DNA of 16,330 bases, from assembly GCA_937886445.1 (NCBI GenBank), contig CALGBY010000119.1, forward strand, positions 1 through 16,330, read 5' to 3'. The stretch's first letter is position 1, and each line of letters begins with the position of its first letter. Below, in pieces: positions 8,357-15,085 of this stretch. A program made the translations under genes and the position numbers. The stretch comes from an uncultured Clostridia bacterium. Lineage in GTDB: Bacteria; Bacillota; Clostridia; Christensenellales; Aristaeellaceae. A model generated the notes under the pieces. That model was given only the letters and a program-made list of their open reading frames with translations, had not been told where the DNA came from and ran no database searches.

Positions 8357-8956
8357 TCAGTACTGCCCTCTTTTGATCTTCATACTGTACAGCCCGTGGC
8401 GGTTGCAGTACCAGTATACGCGCTCAAGGCCGCGCAAGGGGAAGCGCGCTTCGGCGGCCTCCTCGGGGTACAGCTTCACCAGAGAAAAGCCGCGGGGCGT
8501 GTAGGCGGCAAGGAAGGAAATGTGGTGATCTCTCGTCATTTCGTGGGAAAAGGAGAGGTAAAGCTCGTCCTCCGCGCGGCTGACGGCGGGGGTATGCTCG
8601 CTGTCGGGGCTTTCCGCGGTGAGCGGGGGCAGGGTGATGCCGTGGCAGGTCACACAGGCGCTGCCCATGCCGAACAGGATATTGCCGCATACCGGGCATA
8701 CATAGAGCACGCTTTTCAGGATATTGGCGGCCGGGTTGCGGTTGACGCGGTCTTCTCCGCACAGCAGCTCTGTGACGGATATGTTGAGCGCCTCCGAAAG
8801 AGACGGAAGCAGGGTGATATCGGGATATCCCTTTCCGTTTTCCCAACGGGACACCGCCTGCTCGCTTACATGCAGCTTCTCTGCCAGATCCGCCTGCGTA
8901 AGGTGATCCCGCTCCCGTAATGCGCGGATCAGCGCGCCTGTAACATAGCTGTTCAT
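8357..8956 (-). CDS. XRE-family HTH regulator fused to a desulfoferrodoxin-like (Cys4 zinc/iron ribbon + SOR centre II-like) module
   Basis: GGAGG lies 7 nt before ATG 8956; the ORF-track start 9016 has no RBS. HTH: LTQADLAEKLHVSEQAVSRWENG. Cys4: C87-P-V-C90 ... C101-V-T-C104. The SOR-like ligand set is H121 (SEHTP), H138 (SHEM), H144 (RDHHI), C184 and H187 (YCNRHGLY). This is colinear with Dfx EKHVP / HPMEEKH / YCNLHG. Confidence 0.8.
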   Translation of the reverse strand: MNSYVTGALIRALRERDHLTQADLAEKLHVSEQAVSRWENGKGYPDITLLPSLSEALNISVTELLCGEDRVNRNPAANILKSVLYVCPVCGNILFGMGSACVTCHGITLPPLTAESPDSEHTPAVSRAEDELYLSFSHEMTRDHHISFLAAYTPRGFSLVKLYPEEAAEARFPLRGLERVYWYCNRHGLYSMKIKRGQY

Positions 8957-8983
8957 CGTTTCGCCTCCTCTGAGAACACCTTC

Positions 8984-9012
8984 AGTGTAGCAGAGAAAGG
9001 GAAAAAACACAA
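8984..9012 (-). promoter_or_regulatory. Possible promoter of the XRE operon
   Basis: On the minus strand: TTGTGT (9012-9007), 17-nt spacer, TGc-TACACT (-10 at 8989-8984). The match is only moderate. Confidence 0.35.
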
Positions 9013-9080
9013 TCAACGCCTGCTTGATATGCTTTTTGTTGCCGCAAAAGCACGGAAAAACGGCAAAAACGGGCCGCGTA

Positions 9081-9109
9081 TTGACAAAAACGCGTTCAAA
9101 AGATAGAAT
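9081..9109 (+). promoter_or_regulatory. Sigma-A promoter of the vanW-tetR-FRG-peptide unit
   Basis: TTGACA (9081-9086), 17-nt spacer, TAGAAT (9104-9109). It is preceded by phased A-tracts starting at 9046, 9056 and 9065. Confidence 0.7.
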
Positions 9110-9186
9110 ATAGTAGAAAACGGTATGTTTTTTTCGGGCGCAAAAACGGGCCCGTCAGAGCCTCGACCGGAGGTGGAGCATAGGCA

Positions 9187-10905
9187 ATGTCACTGTACCC
9201 GCAGTATGATCAGAGGCCGCCGGATAACGCGCCGGTGCCGGATGACTGGGGAGAGCCCGTCCCGGGGGCGGGCGCGCGGCCCCGCGCGGATGAGCCGGAG
9301 AACGCGTATATGCCGCCGTTTGCCGATGATATAGGCGAATGGGGCTCGTATCCGGAGCAGCCGCTGCACAGGCGTTCGGACCGGCACAGGCGCAAAAAAG
9401 AGGAGCGGCCGGTGTACCGGGCGTCGTTTTCAGACGCGCGGGAGCATAGGGAAACGGACGGTGTGAAAAAACGCTCCGGCGAAAGAAGACTCTGGGCGCC
9501 GGTGTGCGTGGTGCTGAGCGCGGTGAGCATTGCCGTGATCGCCCTGATACTGAACGGGTATCTGGACGCGCTGGCGTGCGAAAGGGCGGCGGAGACCCGC
9601 TATGCCGTGCTTTACAGCGGCCGCCTGCCGGAAAATGTGTTTATTGACGATGTGTATGTGGGCGGTCTCACGCCCGATGAGGCGGCGGCGCGCCTTTCCG
9701 GGCAGACCGAAACGGGACGCACCGGGCTGGACCTGCGCGTATGCTCGGACAGCGGCGCGGTGTACCGCGTTACGGAGGAGCAGATCCCCTTCAGCCGTAA
9801 TACCGGCGTTGTGATCACGCAGGCTGCCGCCTTTTCCTGGCAGGGCATGCGCGGCACGGAGGATGCTTCGATCTCTCCCGCGGAATACCGCCTGAGAAAT
9901 CTGGACGCGCTGAAGAACGATCCCGTGGGCGCGCGGTATTACACAAGGGTGACCTGGTCCAACGAGGATGTGCTGCGCACGGTCAGCCAGATCGCGGGCG
10001 CGGAGGACCGCCCTGTGAAGGACAGTGAGGCGGTGTTTGATATCGCTTCGCGCACCTTTTCCTACAGCGAGGAGCAGGAGGGCATAAAGCTGAACGCCAC
10101 GGGGCTGTATGAGAGCCTGGTATCGCTGCTGGACGGCGGGGTGTTCCGGGGAGAGGTACGGGCCGAAACGGAGATCACGCAGCCGCGGGTGTATCTCGCG
10201 CAATTGATGAACAGCTTCGGGCTGATCTCGACCTACACCACGCAGACCACCGATGACCGCGACCGCAACACCAATGTGCGCCTCGCCTGTGAGGCGGTGA
10301 ACGGTACGGCGGTGCTGCCCTTCCAGCTGTTTTCCTTCAACGCGGCCACCGGGCAGCGCACGGAGCAGAAGGGCTACCGGCCCGCCGCGGCCATCGCCGG
10401 GGGAACGACGGTGGATGAGATAGGCGGCGGGGTGTGCCAGGTGAGCAGCACGCTGTTCAACGCGGCCGCCATGGCGGGGCTTGAAATACGGGAACGCTCT
10501 CCCCACACCTGGCCCTCCGGCTATGTGGATAAGGGACGGGACGCCACGGTGAACTGGCCCAACCTGGACTTTACCTTTGTAAACGACCGGGATACGCCCG
10601 TTTACATCATCGCGGAATACCATAACAGAACCTGCACCGTCAGCCTGTACGGCAAACTGCTTCCGCCGGGCGAAAGCATCCTGCTGGAAACAGAGGTGAT
10701 CCGGGAGGAGGCGCCGCCGGAGGAACCGGTGTATGTATATAATGAAGAGTTGCCCGCCGGCACCGAGCGGCAGAAAAAGAAGGCGCGCACGGGCTACACC
10801 GTGAACACCTGGCGCGTCTATACGGGCGGCGGGGCTGAGATCAACAGAGAGCTGCTGTGCGTATCGGATTACAAAATGATTCAGGAGACCATAGAATATC
10901 ACTGA
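9187..10905 (+). CDS. VanW-family membrane-anchored protein with C-terminal G5-like segment
   Basis: GGAG (9175-9178) lies 8 nt before ATG 9187. The protein has a Pro/Arg-rich N-tail and one TM helix (LWAPVCVVLSAVSIAVIALILNGYL). The VanW core shows GGGVCQVSSTLFNAA, PHTWPSGYV and GRDATVNWPNLDFTFVND. The C-terminal segment reads ARTGYTVNTWRVY. Confidence 0.85.
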   Translation: MSLYPQYDQRPPDNAPVPDDWGEPVPGAGARPRADEPENAYMPPFADDIGEWGSYPEQPLHRRSDRHRRKKEERPVYRASFSDAREHRETDGVKKRSGERRLWAPVCVVLSAVSIAVIALILNGYLDALACERAAETRYAVLYSGRLPENVFIDDVYVGGLTPDEAAARLSGQTETGRTGLDLRVCSDSGAVYRVTEEQIPFSRNTGVVITQAAAFSWQGMRGTEDASISPAEYRLRNLDALKNDPVGARYYTRVTWSNEDVLRTVSQIAGAEDRPVKDSEAVFDIASRTFSYSEEQEGIKLNATGLYESLVSLLDGGVFRGEVRAETEITQPRVYLAQLMNSFGLISTYTTQTTDDRDRNTNVRLACEAVNGTAVLPFQLFSFNAATGQRTEQKGYRPAAAIAGGTTVDEIGGGVCQVSSTLFNAAAMAGLEIRERSPHTWPSGYVDKGRDATVNWPNLDFTFVNDRDTPVYIIAEYHNRTCTVSLYGKLLPPGESILLETEVIREEAPPEEPVYVYNEELPAGTERQKKKARTGYTVNTWRVYTGGGAEINRELLCVSDYKMIQETIEYH

Positions 10906-10945
10906 TGCCGGGGGCGGAGCCCCTTCGGGCAGGAAAGGAAAAACT

Positions 10946-11719
10946 GTGAAAAAAGGCGAGATCAAGAGGAAAAACCTGCTGGAGGAAGCGGAAAAACTGT
11001 TTTTTCTGAAGGGCTATTTCCCCACCGGCATCAATGAGCTGGTGGAAGTGTTCCACTGCACCAAGGGCAGCTTTTACCATCATTTTTCAAGCAAGCTGCA
11101 GATCCTGAGCGAGGTGTGCGCGCTGAGGAGCGAAAAGGCCTTTGCCGAATACAAAAAGCAGTCCTACTTAAGAAACGCGGACCGGCTGAACGGCCTGCTC
11201 TACTATGCCCTGCCCTTCCGCACGGGCGAAAAGCAGATGCTGAGCATGATACTGCCTCTGGCCGGAAGCACCGAGGCGGACGCGGTGATCCAGGCGGTGC
11301 TCCGCGCGCAGCGCGCCGTGTTTCTGCCCGAAATGGAAAGGCTGCTTGAAAGTATGCGCGAAAAGGGCGAATGCTATTTCTTCCAGCCCGCCCTGCCCTC
11401 CCTGCTGTTTGACGCCTATGCCGCACTGTACCAGAAGCTGCTGTCCTGCTGCGCCGTGTATGTGAACACCGGCGCGCGCGGGCCGGAGATCGAGGCAATC
11501 AACGCCGCGCGCTTCCTGTTTGAACGCCTGCTGGATCTGCCCTACGGCAGCATGGTGATCATCGATCCTGATGAGGCCGTGAGCGCCGCGTGGAACGCCG
11601 CGCACATCGCCACGGAAAACGGGGAGCCTGAAGTACCGAAGGAAAACGCCGTGCTGGAGGAGGCCCGCAAGGCCGCTGACTTTGCCCAAAGAAACGCTGA
11701 GGAGGCAGACCATGAATGA
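10946..11719 (+). CDS. TetR/AcrR-family transcriptional regulator (long, acidic C-terminal tail)
   Basis: GTG 10946 lies 6 nt after AAGGA. The TetR_N HTH reads LLEEAEKLFFLKGYFPTGINELVEVFHCTKGSFYHHFSSKLQIL. No terminator is visible in the 40-nt gap after vanW. Confidence 0.85.
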   Translation: MKKGEIKRKNLLEEAEKLFFLKGYFPTGINELVEVFHCTKGSFYHHFSSKLQILSEVCALRSEKAFAEYKKQSYLRNADRLNGLLYYALPFRTGEKQMLSMILPLAGSTEADAVIQAVLRAQRAVFLPEMERLLESMREKGECYFFQPALPSLLFDAYAALYQKLLSCCAVYVNTGARGPEIEAINAARFLFERLLDLPYGSMVIIDPDEAVSAAWNAAHIATENGEPEVPKENAVLEEARKAADFAQRNAEEADHE

Positions 11720-12530
11720 GATCGTGATCCACAGCTGGGATGAACTGCAGAAGGAGATCTTTTCCGGCGTATGGGATCCAAGGATCATGCGCTACCGCGA
11801 CAGCTGCGTGTACCGCGGCTGCTCGGACAAAAACTGGAGCCTGCGCCCGCTGCTCAACCGCGTGTGCGCGCACGACCTGTCGCTTGAAAAGCAGATGCTG
11901 CGCTCTTTCCGCAAGTACGGCTATGCCGATCTGACGCCCGGCGCTTCCTTCTGGCAAACGGTGGCCATTGCCCAGCAGTACGGGCTGCCCACCCGCCTGC
12001 TGGATTTTACCTACTCTCCCCTTGTGGCGGCGCACTTTGCCACGGAGGATCAGAACGCTTATGACCGTGACGGCATCATCTGGTGCGTGCAGAGCGATAA
12101 AATGAACGCCCAGCTGCCGCCGCGCCTGTATAATATGCTCAGGGAGGAGCGCTGCAATGTGTTCAGCATGGAAATGATGGACCGCATCGCGGGCAGCTTT
12201 GATGAGCTGAAATCCCTGTCCGACCGGCCGTTCACCCTGTTTTTTGAGCCGGCCAGCGCGGTGGACCGTATTGCCAACCAGTACGCGCTGTTTGCCGTGT
12301 GCAGTGATGTGGCCACCCAGCTGGATGAGATCCCGCTCGCGGAGCAATCGGTACGCAAGCTGATCATCCCGCGCGAGGTGAAGCTGGAGATACGCGACAA
12401 GCTGGATTATATCAATATCTCGGAGCGTATGATCTATCCGGGGCTTTCGGGCGTGTGCAAATGGATCACCCGCCGTTTTATGGATCTGGGGCCGAAATAC
12501 AACGGCCCGCGGGATGAGCAAAAGGAATAA
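11712..12530 (+). CDS. FRG-domain protein
   Basis: GAGGAGG (11698-11704) lies 6-7 nt before ATG 11712, which overlaps the tetR stop by 8 nt (ATGAATGA). FRG hallmarks are VYRGCSDKNWSLRPLLNR and IAQQYGLPTRLLDFTYSPLVAAHFA. The ORF-track start 11682 lacks an RBS. Confidence 0.8.
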   Translation: MNEIVIHSWDELQKEIFSGVWDPRIMRYRDSCVYRGCSDKNWSLRPLLNRVCAHDLSLEKQMLRSFRKYGYADLTPGASFWQTVAIAQQYGLPTRLLDFTYSPLVAAHFATEDQNAYDRDGIIWCVQSDKMNAQLPPRLYNMLREERCNVFSMEMMDRIAGSFDELKSLSDRPFTLFFEPASAVDRIANQYALFAVCSDVATQLDEIPLAEQSVRKLIIPREVKLEIRDKLDYINISERMIYPGLSGVCKWITRRFMDLGPKYNGPRDEQKE

Positions 12531-12680
12531 GCCCGCGTTTCTCTTTTGAACGCCTTCACGGGGGCGGGCGGCAGCCGCGAAAAACGGTGAGAATATCATC
12601 GGCCTGCTGGCTATTCGGGAAATCTGTTCGTATATTCTTATGTAAGCCTGAGAGCATAACAGATGAAAAGGAGGCCCATT

Positions 12681-12941
12681 ATGGATATGATGAACAGGAT
12701 TGAGCTGAAGGATGAGCTGCTGCAGAATGTGACCGGCGGAGATCAGAAGCATTATGATGAGCTTTGCGAAAAGGCGGAAGCCTTTGTGAAAGTATGCGTT
12801 GAAAATGGGCTGAGCAAGGCTTACTATCAGTGTGAAATGAAAAAAATCATGGATGATTATATCGGAAAAGGCATGCTGGCAGGCAACGAACCCGGAAACC
12901 TGTGGAGAATCGTAGAGTATTACAGCCACAAGTTAAGGTAA
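12681..12941 (+). CDS. 86-aa precursor with double-glycine (GG) type leader peptide
   Basis: GGAGG (12670-12674) lies 6 nt before ATG 12681. The leader MDMMNRIELKDELLQNVTGG has hydrophobic residues at -4, -7 and -12 and ends in GG, with the predicted cleavage before codon 12741. The 66-aa core is helical-looking, near neutral and has 3 Cys. Confidence 0.6.
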   Translation: MDMMNRIELKDELLQNVTGGDQKHYDELCEKAEAFVKVCVENGLSKAYYQCEMKKIMDDYIGKGMLAGNEPGNLWRIVEYYSHKLR

Positions 12942-13037
12942 AAACAGTCAGCCTGTCTTTCAGAATGGATCACACAAAAACAGGTGAAGCTGCTTTCCAC
13001 CGAAGGACTGCTGTACGGCTCCCTCCCCGGGATGCAT

Positions 13038-13062
13038 CGAAGGGTCGCAGCCTTCGGTTTTT
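13038..13062 (+). terminator. First terminator-like hairpin after the peptide gene (H1 of module 1)
   Basis: cgaagg (13038-13043) pairs with ccttcg (13051-13056), followed by gTTTTT (13057-13062). Stronger 10-bp versions with T-runs sit at 13343-13369 and 13550-13577. Confidence 0.55.
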
Positions 13063-13135
13063 GATCCGTTCCCAAGGAAGCGATGATCAAAAGAGGCTGC
13101 CTGATTGATCAGTGATTCCGTAATCTGCTTCCGAT

Positions 13136-13185
13136 CGAAAAATGAGCGCTTCCGGTGTATGCTTTTCACCGGAAGCGCTTTTTAC
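13136..13185. terminator. Bidirectional intrinsic terminator (H3 of module 1)
   Basis: Perfect 13-bp stem agcgcttccggtg (13145-13157) / caccggaagcgct (13167-13179), flanked by gaaaaatg upstream and ttttt downstream. Confidence 0.7.
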
Positions 13186-13231
13186 AGGAGGCGGATGAAT
13201 CGAACGAAAGCAGGTAATGCCCAGCTTTCGT

Positions 13232-13335
13232 TCGAAGGGCGCAGTCCCGTTTCCTCCCCAAGGATGCATCGAAGGGCCGCAGCCCCGTTCCCTCCCCAAG
13301 GATGCATCGAAGGGCCGCAGCCCCGTTCCCTTCCC
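13232..13335. repeat. Tandem 37/38-bp repeat units (about 2.8 copies, running into module 2)
   Basis: aggatgcatcgaagggccgcagccccgttccctcccca (13261-13298) and aggatgcatcgaagggccgcagccccgttcccttccc (13299-13335). They are preceded by the degenerate copy tcgaagggcgcagtcccgtttcctcccca (13232-13260). Confidence 0.85.
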
Positions 13336-13647
13336 GGGATGCATCGAAGGGCCGCAGCCCTTCGATTTTCTATCCGCAGGCGGCGACATGTGCGTCGCCG
13401 AGGAGCGGCTGGAAGCCGCTTCCGATATTGGTTTCCGGCCGTAAAATGAGCGTTTTAGGTGTATACGGATCACCGAAAATGCCATTTTACAGGAAACCGA
13501 TGTGATCGTGTGAAAGCGGGTTACGCCCCGCTTTCGCACGAAAGGATGCATCGAAGGGCCGTAGCCCTTCGATTTTTGATCCGCAGGCGGCGACATGCGC
13601 GTCGCCGAGGAGCGGCTGGAAGCCGCTTCCTATATCCGTTTCCGGCC

Positions 13648-13687
13648 GTAAAAAGAGCGTTCCCGTTTTACGGAAACGCCTTTTTAC
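13648..13687. terminator. Bidirectional hairpin (H3 of module 3), likely terminator of the nucleoside hydrolase gene
   Basis: gtaaaaagagcgttcccg pairs with cggaaacgcctttttac. The minus-strand reading gives a hairpin followed by cucuuuuuac, ~65 nt past the hydrolase stop. The paralogous hairpin of module 2 sits at 13441-13490. Confidence 0.55.
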
Positions 13688-13751
13688 AGGAAACGGATGT
13701 AGTCGAAAGCAAGCGCGGCCTGCCCCGCTTGCTTTCGATGGGCGCAGCCCA

Positions 13752-14900
13752 TTATTGGCACAGCAGTTCTATTGCAACATTCCAAAAATCGTCATATCCT
13801 TCCGCCACAAATGCTTTGCCGTACCGCTCCTTCTGCGCGTCTTCAAGAAGGGCGTATTCCTCCTCTGTCAAAGCGGTGGTCATGGCATAGAAGGGGTCTG
13901 CCCGGTCCGTAACGATGGTGACATAGCTCGTTTTGCCGCGCAGGTTTTCAGCCTTCAGGAAGGCGGTCACGGTGAGGGGATCCCAGTACGGATAACCCGG
14001 CAGGACGGAAGCGTAGCGATCCAGCCAGAGCGCGGCGATCCCGCCCCGCCCCGCGTTTGCCTCTTCGATACGCTTCACTTCTTCTGTTCCGATCGGCGCG
14101 TTCACCTCACCGGGCAAAAACACCTGTACGGGAAAGCCTGCCGTTACGCAGGTGCTGAGCGAAAGCGCGTCATAGCAGGCGTTGTATTCCGCCCAGGGGG
14201 TGATGTTGGCTCCGCCCACCGCCTGCACGGGTTCGCCGCTCGTGAAGAAGGCTTCGCAGGGCGCGCCGAACGCGCCTGCCATGTAGTATACCGCAGCGAT
14301 GTTTGAAGCAAACGAGCTGTCCGCCTCCGCCGCGCGGGCAAGATTCATTACCGGGCCTATCGCGATCACGGTCACGCGCCCGGGGTATTCCTTCGCGCAG
14401 GAAAGCAGAAAATCGCGGGCGTCATTGCTGTCCGCAAGCGCGCCGGAGGAAAGATTTTCGTAAAAATGTATGGCGCCGTAGCCGCTGTTCGCCTGAAGAT
14501 AAGGCAGGCTTTCATAAAACGCGGAAAGCATGCCCGTATCGGAAGGGCCTGTGCCCGCCGGATAGTCTGTTCCGCGATATACCGGGATATCCTCACGCCC
14601 GATCAGGGCCAGAAGATCCGCGATGTTTTTGGTTTCGGCGGGCTGGACCTCGCCGTAGTTTATATAATCCGCGTCGATAAAATTGTTGCCGCCCTCCAGC
14701 GTGATGCCTATCACGCGCAGCATACCGGCCTCCTCCGCCTTCAGCAGCAGGGAGAGCGCCATAGCGTCATCATTGAAAACACCCATATCCGTGTCCAGGA
14801 TCACCAGCGGGATATCATCCTCCGCCAGGCAGCGGCAGAAAGCGCCCGCGAGGCAGGTGATCACAAGGGCAAACGAGATAAGTACGCGTATCCTCTTCAT
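13752..14900 (-). CDS. Secreted inosine-uridine-preferring-type nucleoside hydrolase family protein
   Basis: ILDTDMGVFNDDAMAL is the DXDXXXDD nucleoside-hydrolase fingerprint. The N-terminal signal peptide is MKRIRVLISFALVITCLAGAFCRCLA. GGAGGAAAGG lies upstream of ATG 14900. Confidence 0.85.
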   Translation of the reverse strand: MKRIRVLISFALVITCLAGAFCRCLAEDDIPLVILDTDMGVFNDDAMALSLLLKAEEAGMLRVIGITLEGGNNFIDADYINYGEVQPAETKNIADLLALIGREDIPVYRGTDYPAGTGPSDTGMLSAFYESLPYLQANSGYGAIHFYENLSSGALADSNDARDFLLSCAKEYPGRVTVIAIGPVMNLARAAEADSSFASNIAAVYYMAGAFGAPCEAFFTSGEPVQAVGGANITPWAEYNACYDALSLSTCVTAGFPVQVFLPGEVNAPIGTEEVKRIEEANAGRGGIAALWLDRYASVLPGYPYWDPLTVTAFLKAENLRGKTSYVTIVTDRADPFYAMTTALTEEEYALLEDAQKERYGKAFVAEGYDDFWNVAIELLCQ

Positions 14901-15079
14901 AGGCTTATGTCCTTTCCTCCGGATGAGGCGCCGAAAAACGGGCTGAGACCATTTTCACTTGCCTTTCCGGATGATCAGAATTTTTGTTTGCGGTTTGCCT
15001 GCCCGACGGGCCAGCGGAGAGGGGATAAACCCCTGAAGACCGCTTCCGTTCCGTACAGGATATCCGTACCGCGTTCACA
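14901..15079 (-). promoter_or_regulatory. ~180-nt structured 5' leader of the nucleoside hydrolase gene; class not recognised
   Basis: It lies between a consensus promoter and the ATG. Hairpins include gcgg-ucuuc-agggg-uuuau-ccccu-cu-ccgc and guacgg/ccuguac. The SD-bearing segment CCTTTCCTCCGGATGA (14911-14926, plus-strand text) is duplicated without the core TCC as CCTTTCCGGATGA (14962-14974). Confidence 0.45.
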
Positions 15080-15085
15080 CAGCTT

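Larger units (their letters stand above)
12999..13752. repeat. Mosaic array of three ~205-bp multi-hairpin modules (starts ~13029, ~13336, ~13543) plus tandem 37/38-bp units
   Basis: The anchor GATGCATCGAAGGG occurs at 13031, 13263, 13301, 13338 and 13545. Each module contains four elements: H1 (atcgaagggc-cgNa-gcccttcgat + T-run); H2 hairpins; a ~20-bp H3 hairpin with an A/T-rich base; and a 12-14-bp H4 hairpin. See findings for details. No credible ORF is present. Confidence 0.85.

Noticed and set aside
7869-8920. Plus-strand ORFs 7869..8504 and 8201..8920 opposite the XRE operon
   Set aside because: They are antisense to genes with clear HTH and metal-ligand motifs. Their translations are Arg/Pro/Gly-rich and they have no RBS.
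9430-10965. 511-aa minus-strand ORF opposite vanW
   Set aside because: It is an antisense shadow ORF with Arg/Gly/Ala/Pro-rich low-complexity translation and no RBS or domain signature. The plus-strand VanW motifs are clear.
11559-12929. 456-aa minus-strand ORF opposite the FRG and peptide genes
   Set aside because: It is an antisense shadow ORF crossing two well-supported plus-strand genes and their RBSs, with no recognisable motifs.
13232-13369. CRISPR array or type III (ToxI-like) antitoxin RNA repeats
   Set aside because: The units are directly adjacent with no spacers, so this is not CRISPR. The 37-nt period resembles ToxI, but no ToxN/AbiE-like ORF follows on either strand.
12999-13752. 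Integron attC sites / gene cassettes
   Set aside because: There is no integrase, no cassette ORFs between the palindromes, and no RYYYAAC/GTTRRRY core sites.
13087-13890. ORFs 13087..13596 (-), 13105..13449 (+) and 13459..13890 (+) inside the repeat array
   Set aside because: Their apparent internal peptide repeats (GPSMHP, MHRRAAAPFP) simply mirror the DNA repeats. The starts fall in hairpin loops, there is no RBS, and 13459..13890 runs antisense into the hydrolase gene.
14986-14999. c-di-GMP-I (GEMM-I) riboswitch because of GGCAAACCGCAAAC in the hydrolase leader
   Set aside because: In GEMM-I the two conserved elements are separated by a GNRA-capped hairpin and followed by a second stem with the tetraloop receptor. 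Here they abut and the rest of the consensus is missing.
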